A stretch of 48,373 nt of DNA from the NCBI GenBank assembly GCA_948432605.1, contig CAOJCV010000001.1:1-48373 (forward strand), read 5' to 3'. This document shows positions 22,992 to 32,436 of this stretch, piece by piece. This DNA is from an uncultured Mycoplasmatota bacterium (GTDB lineage Bacteria; Bacillota_I; Bacilli_A; RF39; UBA660). The position numbers and the translations under genes were made by a program. Position 1 is the stretch's first letter, and the number at the start of each line of letters is the position of its first letter. Under the pieces are notes generated by a model. That model ran no database searches. It was not told the DNA's origin and was given only the letters and a program-made list of their open reading frames with translations.

Positions 22992-24614
22992 TTATATACT
23001 TATTTTAAAGGGATTACTAGAACTACCTGTTCCTGATATGATTTTAACATCAGATTTTAAATAAGCAGTTGGAAATATTTGATATGTAGCTGTTTTTGCC
23101 TCAGGATTAGATGTATTACCTGGTATTAATATCCCCACTACAGTTTTTTTTCCATCTGAATGGCCATTTGTAAAATATAAATGAGTTATTGTCCACATTG
23201 CTCCTTTATGAATCCAAGAGCCATTTTTACAATCTACATTAGCATTCTCCCAATTATAGATTGCTGTTTTTAAACATGTTTCTCTATTTTTACTTGACCC
23301 TCCTGCAGTTGAGTAACCATAGTCACTTGGATATATTAATCCTATTTGTCCTGTCCAACTAACGGGATTTCCAGAATATACTGATGTACTTCTTTCTGAT
23401 TTATAAAACGAAGAGGTTATTATTCCACTCGTATATGCCGATGTTACTCCTCCTAAATTCCACACTGCATTTTCTATTAAACTTCTGGCTTCTACAGATA
23501 AACTATTATAATAACTTCCATTCAATTCATTTTTCATACTTGCATTATTCCAATTATTTCTATTATTTGTACTCCATGCCGCTCTTTTATAATTTGCATT
23601 TCTTATTATCTTCAGTCTACTTTCTTTTTTTCCTGTTCCATCATTTATATTGTTCATTACTCCTATCACCCGCCATAACTCATTATTAAATAATACATAG
23701 TTATTTGGATTTGATCCGATATATCTTAGATTATTATCTACTGTTCCATCATATACTAAAGATGCATTTCTTACATAAACTCCTTTTTTAACTTCACTTT
23801 GATTTCCAAAGCCATCTTCTACTTTTGCATATACTTCAAAATCTTTCGAACTTTTTATTGCATTCACTCCTATGCCATATGTAATTCCTTCATCTTTTAC
23901 TCTTAATATAGCTTCCTCACTTTCAATCCAATTTATATTATCATAACTATAATAATACTTTTTTATTCCTGAATATTCATCTTTAGAATTACTTGCATCT
24001 ATCACTAAATCATTTCCATTTTTACTTACATTTACATTAGCTATAGGAGGCGTTTTATCATAATGTTCTATATAGTTCGTTATAATAGTAATCTTACTTT
24101 CTAATATCTTTCCCATTAATTCTTCTTTTGGAGGAGCTTCTTCACTTATCCACATTTTAAAATCAAATTCTTTTTCTTCTAATTCGTCTATATATCCTGT
24201 TTCTAATTTATAAGAAGTCACAGCATTTGTAACTGTTGGTTTTGTCTCTTCTTTTAATTTTAAATATTCTAAGTTATCATTTAACATTACTTTGATATAT
24301 TCTAAATTTGCCAGTGTACTAGAATCTAATACTTCTAAATTAATTTGATAAGAAGTTGCAGTTTTACATGTATTTCTAATTTTAAATTGATAAGGTTGTA
24401 CATTTTCTAGTTCTTCTTCTTTCATTGGAGAGGCATTTGTTAATTGAATATTACCTTTTTCTTCAAAATTAATTTCAAAACAATTTGATTCTACTATATT
24501 ATTTGATTCTTGTTCAATATAGATTTGCCAGGACGCATAACTTGTTCCTACTAATACTAAAAATACAAATAAGAAACACATTATATATATAATTTTTCTA
24601 TTTTGATTTTTCAT
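22992..24614 (-). CDS. Exported/surface protein with N-terminal signal anchor
   Basis: About 540 aa with a hydrophobic N-terminus, a Cys-containing beta-rich body and a C-terminal region rich in G/S/Y/W. Start taken at the ATG at 24614; the ORF track opens with a GTG at 24623. Confidence 0.6.
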   Translation of the reverse strand: MKNQNRKIIYIMCFLFVFLVLVGTSYASWQIYIEQESNNIVESNCFEINFEEKGNIQLTNASPMKEEELENVQPYQFKIRNTCKTATSYQINLEVLDSSTLANLEYIKVMLNDNLEYLKLKEETKPTVTNAVTSYKLETGYIDELEEKEFDFKMWISEEAPPKEELMGKILESKITIITNYIEHYDKTPPIANVNVSKNGNDLVIDASNSKDEYSGIKKYYYSYDNINWIESEEAILRVKDEGITYGIGVNAIKSSKDFEVYAKVEDGFGNQSEVKKGVYVRNASLVYDGTVDNNLRYIGSNPNNYVLFNNELWRVIGVMNNINDGTGKKESRLKIIRNANYKRAAWSTNNRNNWNNASMKNELNGSYYNSLSVEARSLIENAVWNLGGVTSAYTSGIITSSFYKSERSTSVYSGNPVSWTGQIGLIYPSDYGYSTAGGSSKNRETCLKTAIYNWENANVDCKNGSWIHKGAMWTITHLYFTNGHSDGKKTVVGILIPGNTSNPEAKTATYQIFPTAYLKSDVKIISGTGSSSNPFKISI

Positions 24615-24648
24615 TTTTACCACTTACTCTCTTTTTTATCTTATCATA

Positions 24649-24659
24649 CCCCCCCCCCC
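24649..24659. repeat. 11-nt homopolymeric C tract (poly-G on the coding strand of the downstream gene)
   Basis: Counted directly: C at 24649-24659. This is exceptional in such AT-rich DNA, and it lies between -35-like TTTACT and -10-like TATGAT. Confidence 0.9.
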
Positions 24660-24667
24660 TAAAAGTA

Positions 24668-24696
24668 AAGAAAAAATCCCAAAATTTGGGATTTTC
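24668..24696 (-). terminator. Rho-independent terminator after the thioredoxin-like gene
   Basis: Minus strand AAAATCCCA-AATTT-TGGGATTTT followed by a T-run. Confidence 0.75.
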
Positions 24697-25401
24697 TTAT
24701 TTTGTTTTTTTAGTATTTTTTTTGTTATTATTACTATTTTTCTTAGTTGTTGTTTTTTTTACTTGTGTTGTGTTTGTTTTTTCTTCTTTTTTTACTTCTT
24801 CTTTTTTAGGTTCTTGTTCTATATCTTCCTCTTCTTCACCACGAGCAAAATAAATTGTAGATCCAATAATTCCGGCTGCTACTATAAGTATTATAATTGT
24901 AGTTGCTATTGTTCCGCCTTCTTCTCCAACTAATAATTCTCCTGCATCTCCAACAATATTTTTTATTTTGTCCTCTTTGTTGTTATTATATGCATCTTTG
25001 ATAGCATTTTTAATATTTGTATCAGAACTTGAAGAATATCCTCCAAAAGTCTTATCTCCAATAACTATATATGGTACTGATCCATTAATTGGTTCATCTC
25101 CCATTGCTTCGCTAGCTTTATTTGCTAATTCAGAATTAGTTGAACTTCCCCATATTTCAATAGCACGAACTTGAAAAATATCTTTAAATTCATCATTTTT
25201 TAATAATTTTTTTAAGAAAGCTAGTGCATCTTGGCAATGTGGACAAGTGCTTCCATGAAATAAATACAACGTTACTGGTTCTTTTTCAGTAGCATTTACT
25301 ACTGGTGAGAAAACTGAGATGAACAAAGAACATATCATAACAATTAACAAACACATAATACTTTTTCTTTTTGACATTTTTTCAACACTCCTCTTAGACA
25401 T
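24697..25401 (-). CDS. Exported thioredoxin-fold thiol-disulfide oxidoreductase with C-terminal TM anchor and Lys-rich tail
   Basis: Signal peptide, CPHC active-site motif (HGSTCPHCQ), a TM segment (TTIIILIVAAGIIG) and a K/T/N-rich tail. Confidence 0.65.
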   Translation of the reverse strand: MSKRSVEKMSKRKSIMCLLIVMICSLFISVFSPVVNATEKEPVTLYLFHGSTCPHCQDALAFLKKLLKNDEFKDIFQVRAIEIWGSSTNSELANKASEAMGDEPINGSVPYIVIGDKTFGGYSSSSDTNIKNAIKDAYNNNKEDKIKNIVGDAGELLVGEEGGTIATTIIILIVAAGIIGSTIYFARGEEEEDIEQEPKKEEVKKEEKTNTTQVKKTTTKKNSNNNKKNTKKTK

Positions 25402-25447
25402 TATAACAAAACTACATTTGAAATACTAGTTTTTTTCATAAAACTTT

Positions 25448-25666
25448 TTATTTTGAGTTTATTTTACAATATACATCAGTTAATGTATTTAAAATTTCTA
25501 ATGTAATATTTGTTGTTTGATAATTCGCGTTTTGACATTCTACGTTTATCTCTTGTGTATTATTAAAAGTAAATGTTTTAGTTTTTAACTTTTCTATTTT
25601 TTCAACTGCTATGACTGCTGATGTATCATAATATGGTATGTATTTATGCCCCTCCCTAAAAGTCAA
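25448..25666 (-). CDS. Doubtful small ORF
   Basis: 72 codons opening with TTG. The AGGGAGGGG sequence lies inside the ORF with no canonical start codon after it. Confidence 0.25.
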   Translation of the reverse strand: MTFREGHKYIPYYDTSAVIAVEKIEKLKTKTFTFNNTQEINVECQNANYQTTNITLEILNTLTDVYCKINSK

Positions 25667-25691
25667 ATTAAGACAAAATAAAGAAGAAGTT

Positions 25692-25949
25692 TTACTCTTC
25701 TTCTAATGTAGAATTAAATTTGTTTTGGACTTTTGATATTTTGGTTTCTGTAACATTTTCTACTGTATACATTCCTTCATCACTCATTAATGTATATAAA
25801 TCATTTTGAAGTGTTAATACTTCATCTAATGCATCTCGAAAAGTTTTATGTATATTCTTTGTTCCTGATTCTATAGAACCATGTAAAAACAAATCTCCTA
25901 AAGTTTTTAAATCCCATAAAATTCCTTCTAACATAGTTTTGTTGTCCAT
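25692..25949 (-). CDS. Spore coat protein F (CotF)-like small protein
   Basis: Four-helix CotF-type pattern (L.D.K......L.G.IES........F...L.E.L..Q..LY..M...G.Y). Confidence 0.6.
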   Translation of the reverse strand: MDNKTMLEGILWDLKTLGDLFLHGSIESGTKNIHKTFRDALDEVLTLQNDLYTLMSDEGMYTVENVTETKISKVQNKFNSTLEEE

Positions 25950-25952
25950 TTT

Positions 25953-26135
25953 TTATTCTCCTTTCAATAATTCATAAAATGTCTTATACATGCTATCACA
26001 TTTTTTTTCAATTTTCTTTAAAATTGAAACTTGCGTATTTTCTGTTACACATTCTTTATTAATGCATAAATGTCTTTTAAAATACTCTAAATGTCCTAAT
26101 GTATCCTCAACATATAATAATTCTTTTTCACTCAT
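25953..26135 (-). CDS. Small helical protein paired with the CotF-like gene
   Basis: 3-nt gap to the downstream gene. GGGTGA RBS before the ATG at 26135. Confidence 0.4.
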   Translation of the reverse strand: MSEKELLYVEDTLGHLEYFKRHLCINKECVTENTQVSILKKIEKKCDSMYKTFYELLKGE

Positions 26136-26180
26136 TTTTATCACCCATTGTTATTATGGTTTTACCCATTAAAAAAATAC

Positions 26181-26669
26181 TTATTTTGAATTGTAAGTAT
26201 TTTCCAGTTTTAGATTTTTTAGAGGATGCCATATTAAACGGTACTCTTTTTCATATATTAAGGCTTTTAATAAATCATTTAAATACATTTGTTGATTATT
26301 TTTTAATATTTCTAAATAGCTTAACTTTTCTGGTTCAATTCTGTTTGTTAAAGTATAATAGTCATCAGACAGACGACTTTTGTAATGTATTGTTCGATTC
26401 ATTAAATTAAATTTGAGTAAAATTAAAGTTTTAATATCGGTATCTGGATAAAGCATTTCTATCCAACTTTTTACGCCATAAATATTATCCGTAAAAAATA
26501 TTCCTTTAATATCTTCTTTGATTCTTTTACAGCGTTCCCCAGTTTTAGATTCTAAGCCTTGTTCTTTTATAGAAAATATATTTTTTCTCTCTGTTACATG
26601 ATAAGCAAAGTAATCATCATAGCAATAAATGCTATCTTCTCCAAAATAGAAAAATGGTGATTCGTTCAT
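26181..26669 (-). CDS. Hypothetical 162-aa protein translationally coupled to the radical SAM gene
   Basis: ATGA overlap with the upstream gene. The N-terminal YHVTERKNIFSIKEQGL resembles the beta1-alpha1 element of ADP-ribosyltransferase/Tpt1-like folds; this resemblance is weak. Confidence 0.5.
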   Translation of the reverse strand: MNESPFFYFGEDSIYCYDDYFAYHVTERKNIFSIKEQGLESKTGERCKRIKEDIKGIFFTDNIYGVKSWIEMLYPDTDIKTLILLKFNLMNRTIHYKSRLSDDYYTLTNRIEPEKLSYLEILKNNQQMYLNDLLKALIYEKEYRLIWHPLKNLKLENTYNSK

Positions 26670-27565
26670 ATTTCTTCTCCAAATAGACTCATTTGTTCAT
26701 TTTGTGGGATTTCTTTTTTGTAGTCCTCAATAATTGTGTCCATATCTGTTAAAATATGTGCTTCACTGCAACGTTTAAAAAACAATTCCATTAAATGTCT
26801 AAATTGTAATGTATTACAAATATGTTTTTTTCCATAAACAGCAATGTAATCTTCTTTTAAACCTGGATACAATATATCAAGAGCATTATAGTAATAGTCA
26901 CGTTGATTTGTTTTTAATGTCATTCCCATTTTTGTATAAATAAATTTTGCATCTACTTTTTTACTTTTACTTATCATGTTTAAAACATTTTCTTCTGTAT
27001 CGGTTAAAAATGGTAGTACAGGCGTCATTAAGACTCCAGCATAAATACCATTTTTTCTTAATTCTTCTAATACTTCAAATCGTCTTGTAGAACTTATGAC
27101 ATTTGGTTCTATTTTTCTTGCTAATTCATCATCATATGTTGTAATAGAAATTTTTACAATTACACTATTCCTTTCTGCAATTTTTTTTAATAAATCGATA
27201 TCTCTTAATATTAAATCACTCTTTGTATCAATTGATACTCCAAATCCATATTTCAATATTAACTCTAATGCTTTTCTTGTTAATTGTAATTCATTTTCTT
27301 CAGGATTATAAGGATCTGATAATGTTCCAAACGAAACTACTCCTTTTAATCCTTTGCTTTTTAACTCTTCTTCTAATATCTCAATTGCATTTTCCTTTAT
27401 TTTTACTTTATCAAATTGTTCTATGTGATAAGATTCACATCTGGAATCGCAATAGATACATCCAAATGGACAACCTTTATATAAGTTCATATGATAATCA
27501 ATTCCAAACCATTTTGATCCTTGATCCGATTTAGTCATGATTGTTCTAGTCTTTATAATATCCAT
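26666..27565 (-). CDS. Radical SAM protein, SPL (spore photoproduct lyase)/COG1533-like
   Basis: CPFGCIYC = the CxxxCxxC cluster, with family-like flanks (YKGC...YCDS). Start at the ATG at 27565 after an AGGGGT RBS. Confidence 0.8.
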   Translation of the reverse strand: MDIIKTRTIMTKSDQGSKWFGIDYHMNLYKGCPFGCIYCDSRCESYHIEQFDKVKIKENAIEILEEELKSKGLKGVVSFGTLSDPYNPEENELQLTRKALELILKYGFGVSIDTKSDLILRDIDLLKKIAERNSVIVKISITTYDDELARKIEPNVISSTRRFEVLEELRKNGIYAGVLMTPVLPFLTDTEENVLNMISKSKKVDAKFIYTKMGMTLKTNQRDYYYNALDILYPGLKEDYIAVYGKKHICNTLQFRHLMELFFKRCSEAHILTDMDTIIEDYKKEIPQNEQMSLFGEEI

Positions 27566-27630
27566 CTTTACCCCTGTGCCTTTCTGATTTCTATTATACT
27601 TATTTTTCACTAAAATGCAAACGCTTGTTT

Positions 27631-28365
27631 TTACTTTTCTATATTTATGGTCGCTATTTTTAAAAATATATAATTTTTTACTTCAATAATTCCTACTTCG
27701 CCGTTTGTTAATTTTAAAGATTGGATAGGTATAAATTTTTTATTATTTTTTTCTTCATAATATTTGATTTCTTCTAATCCTGTATCATAAGCTTCTGTTA
27801 TATATCCTTTTAGAAATATTGCTAATCTTGAGGCTCCAGTATATGTAAAATATGAATACCATGTAATTATACTTAATAAAATAATCGTTATAATTATATA
27901 GTTTTTTTTCTTTTTCCAGTACTCTTTTATTAAATTATAAAGAATTGCTCCTATTAATATAAGGATTATTATATTTGCTTTTTGACTAAATAATAAAATT
28001 ATAAATATAAATATTATTATTGTGATAATTGTATACAATATTTCTTTTAAAAATTCTTTTTGTTTTCCTTTTTTTGAAGCGTAATTTATTACATAGATTA
28101 TATTTCCAATATTTATAATATTTAAAGTAATCCATAAAAAATTAATTATTGGATGTTGGTGAATTTCTTCTGATAAAAAATTTAATACTGGTACAGACAA
28201 ATTAAATGTATTTGAAAAGCGAATAGCATTTAAAATTATTCCAATTGTATTAGTTATGATTAATATTGAACTTCTTTTTCGAAGGCCTTTTTTATAAAGT
28301 TGTATTGATTCTATATAGATTAATAAATGAAATATAATAAATATTATGAACAACATATGCACCAC
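27631..28365 (-). CDS. Integral membrane protein, unknown function
   Basis: 244 aa with multiple TM helices. Confidence 0.45.
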   Translation of the reverse strand: MVHMLFIIFIIFHLLIYIESIQLYKKGLRKRSSILIITNTIGIILNAIRFSNTFNLSVPVLNFLSEEIHQHPIINFLWITLNIINIGNIIYVINYASKKGKQKEFLKEILYTIITIIIFIFIILLFSQKANIIILILIGAILYNLIKEYWKKKKNYIIITIILLSIITWYSYFTYTGASRLAIFLKGYITEAYDTGLEEIKYYEEKNNKKFIPIQSLKLTNGEVGIIEVKNYIFLKIATINIEK

Positions 28366-28391
28366 CTAAGTTTTAAGTTTGTCAAAACACT

Positions 28392-29579
28392 TTAATTTTT
28401 ATATTCGCTTGTTATACCAAAGTATTCTTCTAAACTTATCCAATTCCCTTCATTATATAATTTATAAGATAGATCTGTTCCTACATATCTTAAATGCCAA
28501 GATTCATACTTATATCCTGTTTCGTTTTCTTTCCCATTTGGAAATCTTATAATAAACCCATATCGATAAGCATTTTCGTTTACCCATCTTCCTTCATTTG
28601 TAGATGCAAATGCATCTGAAATAGAATTTAAGTCAAAGCATAATCCAGTTTGATGTTCAGAGTGCCCAGGTCTAGAGGAATATGTATCTGCTGCGTTTTT
28701 TCCATCTCTTGCAACATAATCATTATAAAGTCTTTCTTGTAAACTTTGAGGGCGATATCCACTTTGGATCCAAATATTAAGTCCTAGTGCTGTCGCGTCT
28801 CTTTTCATGTCTAACCATGCATTGTAAGCAACATTATTAATACATGTTGCACATTGACTTGTAACTCCATCTGCACTTGTATATGTATCTGTTGGTACAT
28901 AACCATTTTTTAGTGGATATGTCTTATTGGCAATTAAAATACTATCTATATATGTTGATCCATCTACTTCGTAAACTGTAAAACCTTTTTCAGTTTTCGA
29001 AACTTCTTTTCCACCTTCTGGTACGATGAGTTTAGGATAATTTGTTCCTATAATTTTCTTTGTTACTATTAATGTAAATTCTTCTACTGTTTTATTTCCT
29101 GAAGAATCTTCTGCTTCATATTGAAGATTGTATTTATCTTCTTTATTTATATCATATTCCCCATTTACTTTAACTATAATTTCTTCTCCTGAATTATCTG
29201 TTACTTTTACGTCTTTTAATAAATCAATACTTTCTCCAACATTTATTTCTATTTCCTTTTCATAATTGATCACAGGAGATTCTGTATCAACTATTTTTAT
29301 CGTCAATTCTGTTTCATGCTCTTTCTCTTTTTGTTTATATCTTATTTTAATTTTTTGTTCTCCTAATTGGTCGGTGTTCAAATATTCTTCTTCATTTGTA
29401 ATTGTACAGTTTTTGCTATCTTTTATAATATCTTTTATTTTTATTTCACTTTTTATTTCAAAATTTAAATTTTCTTGCCAAATTATTAATTCTTTTTCTT
29501 TTCTAAAAAATATTATATATCCTACTATTAAAAGTAAAAATACTACTAACCAGATCCATACTTTTTTCTTAATCCTCAT
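28392..29579 (-). CDS. M15B/VanY-type D-alanyl-D-alanine carboxypeptidase with N-terminal Ig-like (DUF5011-type) domains
   Basis: SGYRPQSLQ, SEHQTGLCFD and ESWHLRYVG zinc-peptidase motifs. Signal anchor at the N-terminus. Confidence 0.8.
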   Translation of the reverse strand: MRIKKKVWIWLVVFLLLIVGYIIFFRKEKELIIWQENLNFEIKSEIKIKDIIKDSKNCTITNEEEYLNTDQLGEQKIKIRYKQKEKEHETELTIKIVDTESPVINYEKEIEINVGESIDLLKDVKVTDNSGEEIIVKVNGEYDINKEDKYNLQYEAEDSSGNKTVEEFTLIVTKKIIGTNYPKLIVPEGGKEVSKTEKGFTVYEVDGSTYIDSILIANKTYPLKNGYVPTDTYTSADGVTSQCATCINNVAYNAWLDMKRDATALGLNIWIQSGYRPQSLQERLYNDYVARDGKNAADTYSSRPGHSEHQTGLCFDLNSISDAFASTNEGRWVNENAYRYGFIIRFPNGKENETGYKYESWHLRYVGTDLSYKLYNEGNWISLEEYFGITSEYKN

Positions 29580-29694
29580 AAAAATACACCTCTTTATTAC
29601 TAATAATAGTTTATCATAAATGATTCATGTTATCAATTTCTTGTTGTAATTAAGTGGATTATTCTATAAAAAAAACTTAAAGCAATTTAAAGTT

Positions 29695-30327
29695 TTAAGC
29701 CTTTTTTATTGGATGACGTATTACAGTTTTTTGTTTATTTATTTTGCATTTTCTTGGATCGCTAAGGTATATCTCATGATGATATCTTGAATCAGTTATA
29801 TCAAGTTCATAATTATTTTCTTTCATGTAGTTATGCATTAATTCTACAGTCTTTGGTTCATCATCATAAGGGCCAATGTGCATGCATTGAACACATTCTC
29901 CTTCATCATACACAAAAAACTCAACTTTTGAAAAATCCATTTTCTTTTTCTTTGTTGCTTCATTAATAGCCCAGTCAAAATCATTTTTCGTCACAAAATC
30001 AGGTAATCTAATCAAAGAAATAAAATGTAAATCTTCTTTTCTATTATAATCCATTCCTTTTGTATTTTCTTGCCACCAGAAACCTTCTAATGGGGGGACT
30101 ATATATTCAAAGTAGCCTTCCATTTTGTATGTACCTTTATAACTCATTTTAATTGTATAAGCTATATTATATAATAAATTTATCGATTTTTTGTATTCTC
30201 CATTTTCTTCATTGGGATTGCCCTTTCCTCTTACTGCAAGATAGTTCATTTTAGGAATCTTTATAATGCTTGGTTTATTTTTAGGAGAATAAAACTCTTT
30301 ATATTCTTTTTTATAATCAAATGCCAT
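29695..30327 (-). CDS. GyrI-like small-molecule-binding domain protein
   Basis: Pattern typical of GyrI-like/SOUL proteins (YLAVRGKGNP ... EGFWW ... HEIYLSDPRK). Start at the ATG at 30327 after GAAAGGA. 11 nt downstream of the DUF2075 gene. Confidence 0.7.
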   Translation of the reverse strand: MAFDYKKEYKEFYSPKNKPSIIKIPKMNYLAVRGKGNPNEENGEYKKSINLLYNIAYTIKMSYKGTYKMEGYFEYIVPPLEGFWWQENTKGMDYNRKEDLHFISLIRLPDFVTKNDFDWAINEATKKKKMDFSKVEFFVYDEGECVQCMHIGPYDDEPKTVELMHNYMKENNYELDITDSRYHHEIYLSDPRKCKINKQKTVIRHPIKKA

Positions 30328-30338
30328 GCTAGTCCTTT

Positions 30339-32108
30339 CTAATTTACACATTTTTTTAATTGTTTTTGAAGTTCATCATCACAGGCATAAATATATAATC
30401 CATTTACGCCTCTAGTAAGCAATACACCTAATTCGTTTCTTAAAAATTCTTCTCCGAAACTCTTTTTTTGACCATCACTCAAAGTTCTTTTCTGAATTGC
30501 TTTTGCATTGTAGCTTTTTTTAGTATCAAATATTATTTTATTGTCTCGAAATTTTACAGATGGTCCTATAATTACTCCTACATAATTTAAATCAAATCCT
30601 TGAATCGTAAAAATTGATCCAATTTCATCTATTGTTTGTGGTTGTTCAGCCCATGATAATCCTTTAATAGCACTTTTATCTTTTGGAGAAGAAAATTTTA
30701 TAATTTCTCTATTCCATGGTTTACTCCAATTCGAAATTGTCACTTCCCAATATTTAGAATCTTCTGGGCTTTTTTTACTATTGTATGGCCAATCATAAGT
30801 TGCTACCATGCGTGATAGAGTGGTTTCTTTTTTGCTTGCTTTTTGTTTAATCGCATTTTCTAATTCTTCAGGACTATCAAATATTTTTATTTCGTAATTA
30901 TTTCTTTGCTTTGTTAAGGGTTCAATTTTTTGAAAATCGATTATGGTATCTAACCACGCTATTATTTTTTTATTTGCCATCATTCTCATTTGTTCATTTA
31001 ATTCTATGAAACTATGATTTCTTTTTGCTATATTTATAATGCTTTTCAATTCTTTTTTTTCTAAATATTGTTGGGCATTCATTATTTGTCTATTGTCAAA
31101 CATTGCCACGACTACTTTTGAATATTTTAAAATTTCTTGTAATTGTTTATTTCCGTTAAAAGATTGATTATTTTGTGTTAATAACAAATGTGCTTCATCC
31201 ACAAATACTACATCAAATAATTTTTCTCTTTTTTTCTTTTTAAATAAATTTATAAATTCTGTTGGATTAAATACAATATTTTTATTTCTTTTTTCTAAGT
31301 CAAGTTTTTTTACAATATCTTTATAAACTGTTAATTGTTCTTGATGATTTACCAAAATTGCACATTCAATTTCTTTTATATTTATATCGCTTTCGCTCAC
31401 TGTAAATTCTTGCTGATTTACTAGTTGATAAAAAATACTGCTCATTAAAACACTTTTACCAGTTCCAGATCGTCCTTTAACAAATATAAGTTGATTTGAG
31501 TCTCCCTTTAAAAGACATTCAACAATTTTATCTAATATTACTTCTTGAGCTTTTAGTTGCTCATTATTTAATTTGTGCAAAGGAGAGGCTTTATATATGA
31601 CAGATTCTTTTATTTCATGCGTATCTAAAAATAAGTCTTTATTACAATTTTTTAATTGTTTCCAAGTTTTACTAAATATTTCTTCAAATTCTTCAACAGG
31701 AAAATATTTATTTTGAGGATTACCTTTTGCATTATGAATCTTTTCAACACTTTTTACGCCACTTAAATAGTGGATTAATTTATTTTCGATATCTAAAGTT
31801 AATGATTTATTAAAATCTGGATGCGCTATTATATATAAATCTCCTTTGGTATTTTTCAAAGCATTTTGCCAAGTTCCACTTTTTTTGCTTAAACTAAAAT
31901 GCTGCTCTGTTCTTTTAAAAAAATTTTTTGATTCTCCTACGTAAAGATGGTATTTATTATTTTTCTTCCATGTATACAAATAAACAGTCGGATAATTTCT
32001 AATTAAATCACTTTTTTTATTTAGTTGATTTTCTAATGTTTTTTCAAATAGTTCTACACTTTTCTTTGTTGTTTCTATTTTTTCTATTATAGGATTTTCT
32101 ATATTCAT
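30339..32108 (-). CDS. GIY-YIG nuclease domain fused to a DUF2075 / Schlafen-like P-loop ATPase
   Basis: VYLYTW...YHLYVGESKNFFKRTEQH (GIY-YIG), GRSGTGKS (Walker A), VVFVDEAH (Walker B), and C-terminal TIQGFDLNYVGVIIG and LLTRGVNGLYIY. Confidence 0.75.
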   Translation of the reverse strand: MNIENPIIEKIETTKKSVELFEKTLENQLNKKSDLIRNYPTVYLYTWKKNNKYHLYVGESKNFFKRTEQHFSLSKKSGTWQNALKNTKGDLYIIAHPDFNKSLTLDIENKLIHYLSGVKSVEKIHNAKGNPQNKYFPVEEFEEIFSKTWKQLKNCNKDLFLDTHEIKESVIYKASPLHKLNNEQLKAQEVILDKIVECLLKGDSNQLIFVKGRSGTGKSVLMSSIFYQLVNQQEFTVSESDINIKEIECAILVNHQEQLTVYKDIVKKLDLEKRNKNIVFNPTEFINLFKKKKREKLFDVVFVDEAHLLLTQNNQSFNGNKQLQEILKYSKVVVAMFDNRQIMNAQQYLEKKELKSIINIAKRNHSFIELNEQMRMMANKKIIAWLDTIIDFQKIEPLTKQRNNYEIKIFDSPEELENAIKQKASKKETTLSRMVATYDWPYNSKKSPEDSKYWEVTISNWSKPWNREIIKFSSPKDKSAIKGLSWAEQPQTIDEIGSIFTIQGFDLNYVGVIIGPSVKFRDNKIIFDTKKSYNAKAIQKRTLSDGQKKSFGEEFLRNELGVLLTRGVNGLYIYACDDELQKQLKKCVN

Positions 32109-32121
32109 AATTCAGCCTTCT

Positions 32122-32436
32122 TTATAATTTATTATATTTAGTACATTTTCCTTTTGCTTTTTCTATTGGATATTTTTTTGCTGTTTCTTTCATTTTATTT
32201 AAAACAATTTCTTCAGGATCAACTTCTAATTTTTCTGCAAGCAATAAGGAATAATTGATTACATCAGCTAGCTCTTTTTTTACTTCTTCTATGTCATACT
32301 CGTTATTCCATTGAAAGCATTCCAATAACTCTCCAGCTTCTATACTAATACTTTTAGCTAAGTTTTCGGGTGAATGAAATTTTCCCCAATCTCTCTCTTC
32401 ATTAAATTTTATTATTTCAGTAATTAATTTTTTCAT
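32122..32436 (-). CDS. MazG-like all-alpha nucleoside-triphosphate pyrophosphohydrolase (dCTPase/YpjD type)
   Basis: FNEERDW..FH.P.NLA.SI.IEAGELLE.FQW and ELADV..Y metal-binding motifs. Start at the ATG at 32436 after AGGAAGGAAAAG; the ORF track opens at 32502. Confidence 0.75.
   Translation of the reverse strand: MKKLITEIIKFNEERDWGKFHSPENLAKSISIEAGELLECFQWNNEYDIEEVKKELADVINYSLLLAEKLEVDPEEIVLNKMKETAKKYPIEKAKGKCTKYNKL

Noticed and set aside
24697-24800. The repetitive K/T/N-rich 3' end of the thioredoxin-like gene as a DNA tandem repeat.
   Set aside because: This is low-complexity A-rich coding sequence without a defined repeat unit.
25448-25666. The 72-codon ORF as a real gene, or as a toxin/antitoxin partner.
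   Set aside because: It opens with TTG and has no upstream RBS. The strong RBS-like AGGGAGGGG lies inside it and is followed by no canonical start codon. It is kept only as a low-confidence feature.
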